NCBI GenBank assembly: GCA_031459625.1
Contig: JAVKIH010000008.1
Span: 18,359-82,358, forward strand
DNA length: 64,000 bases
Source of the DNA: Candidatus Geohabitans tengchongensis
GTDB taxonomy: Bacteria; Sysuimicrobiota; Sysuimicrobiia; Sysuimicrobiales; Humicultoraceae
Direction: 5' to 3'
Part shown: positions 63,283 through 64,000 of the stretch, piece after piece
Layout: every line of letters begins with the position of its first letter
Position numbering within the stretch: position 1 is the stretch's first letter
The notes under the pieces: model-generated
What the model saw: the letters and a program-made list of their open reading frames with translations, nothing else
Told to the model about the DNA's origin: nothing
The model's database searches: none
Position numbers and translations under genes: made by a program

Positions 63283-64000
63283 GTGAGCGCGCATGCGGGC
63301 CTGCGTGTGGCGCAGCACGAGGCCCGGGGCTCCGAGGGCGAGCGGGAGGGCGTGGCCGCTCTTTCGGGCGCGCCCGGTCTTGCGGGCGCGCCTGCGGAGG
63401 CCGGGTCTCGCAGCGGGTGGCGCAAAACCGGCTGGACCGTACGGGTGCACGCGGCGCCGGGCTCACCGCAGGGCTTGAGGGGAGCCCGGCTGCAGACACT
63501 GCTCGCCGCGCTGGACCTCTGCGGGCTCCGCCTGCCTGCCCTCGAGGTGGAGCTGGGCGCTGACGGGTGGGCCGTCGGCCGCGTCGGGGGAGAGGCCCTG
63601 TGGCGCATCCGCCTGCCGGAGACGCGAGCGCTCTCGGTGCTGCTCGGGCAGTGCACCGCCACCGCCCTCCACTTGGCCGACCGTCTCTTCCTGCACGCCG
63701 GCGTGGTGGCGGTGCGCGGACGGGCGGTGGTGCTGGCCGGCCCGAGCGGGGCGGGGAAGACCAGCCTGGTGGCCGCGCTGCTGGCGCAGGGGGCGACCTA
63801 CCTCTCCGACGAGGTGGCCTGGCTCCCCCTGCCGGACAGTGTGCCGACCAGTGTGCAGGTGCCGGACGGCGTGCGGGCGCCGGACCGTGTACAGAGCCGG
63901 CACGACGGTGGCCCGTTCAAGGGAGCGCCGTGCGCCTTCCCCTTCGCCCTGCCGCTCGCCATCAAACCGTGGACGTTGCGCGCTCTCGGGACCCTGCCCT
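63283..64000 (+). CDS. HprK-related P-loop Ser kinase (3' partial; continues beyond window end)
   Basis: Hand translation of + frame from GTG 63283 is stop-free to the window edge and contains LFLHAGVVAVRGRAVVLAGPSGAGKTSLVAALLAQGATYLSDEVAW. This is the HPr kinase/phosphorylase C-terminal P-loop domain, as in the HprK-like kinases of lasso-peptide-type clusters. It is not in the ORF track because no stop lies in the window. Confidence 0.6.
   Translation, partial: MSAHAGLRVAQHEARGSEGEREGVAALSGAPGLAGAPAEAGSRSGWRKTGWTVRVHAAPGSPQGLRGARLQTLLAALDLCGLRLPALEVELGADGWAVGRVGGEALWRIRLPETRALSVLLGQCTATALHLADRLFLHAGVVAVRGRAVVLAGPSGAGKTSLVAALLAQGATYLSDEVAWLPLPDSVPTSVQVPDGVRAPDRVQSRHDGGPFKGAPCAFPFALPLAIKPWTLRALGTLP

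Noticed and set aside
1-64000. CRISPR arrays, rRNA genes, transposases/integrases
   Set aside because: No regularly spaced identical repeats, no rRNA-like conserved stretches, and no DDE/tyrosine-recombinase-like ORFs were seen. The only tandem repeats are the short degenerate arrays at 11.3 kb, 34.4 kb and 61.5 kb.

Overview
This is a 64-kb chromosomal segment with very high GC (well over two-thirds G+C by eye) and dense coding on both strands. I can support about 70 protein-coding genes, one tRNA, several regulatory RNA/DNA elements and a few gene remnants. There are no rRNA genes, no CRISPR array, and no transposase or integrase. The regulatory grammar is Firmicutes-like: a T-box leader on thrS, a perfect CIRCE operator in front of hrcA-dnaJ-prmA-rsmE, and comEC-holA facing rpsT. 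This coexists with a TolC-family outer membrane factor and a sortase, so the source looks like a high-GC Firmicutes-type lineage (Thermaerobacter-, Symbiobacterium- or Limnochordia-like); that is inference. Main content, in order: a sugar ABC uptake locus plus galK; lipoprotein and secreted hypotheticals; a B3/4-domain protein, Zn-ADH and two thioredoxin-fold genes; a RumA-family rRNA methyltransferase and an SLT lytic transglycosylase; nitroreductase, cNMP-binding protein and IclR regulator; a Pot-like ABC importer with an embedded AstE/AspA-family zinc hydrolase; a decayed duplicate of that locus next to an orphan excisionase-type HTH ORF; a 2-hydroxyacid dehydrogenase and a BNR beta-propeller; a composite ABC locus (amino-acid binding protein and permease, DppB/DppC permeases and a family-5 binding protein, no ATPases); an ECF transporter S component; tRNA-Val(GAC) followed by a lower-GC segment carrying an RsbW/RsbV-type partner-switching pair; nitroreductase, CapA, a PQQ-dependent sugar dehydrogenase, DoxX and a membrane hydrolase; a TolC-TetR-HlyD-ABC-ABC-ABC2 efflux operon with a 20-bp perfectly palindromic operator; dioxygenase, aldo-keto reductase, YceI, a frameshifted HtrA remnant and a dienelactone hydrolase; thrS, comEC, holA, rpsT, murJ, hrcA, dnaJ, prmA and rsmE. 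The most interesting region is the last ~5.3 kb. A PF14907-like nucleotidyltransferase, an ABC-2 exporter pair, a Pro/Ser/Thr-rich membrane protein with a C-terminal sorting-signal-like tail, a sortase, a PqqD-family peptide-binding (RRE) protein and an HprK-related P-loop kinase (truncated by the window edge) sit together. This looks like part of an uncharacterised peptide- or protein-modification system related to kinase-containing lasso-peptide clusters, but with no cyclase or leader protease visible. Coordinates were derived mainly from the supplied ORF track; positions of non-coding motifs may be off by 1-2 nt.
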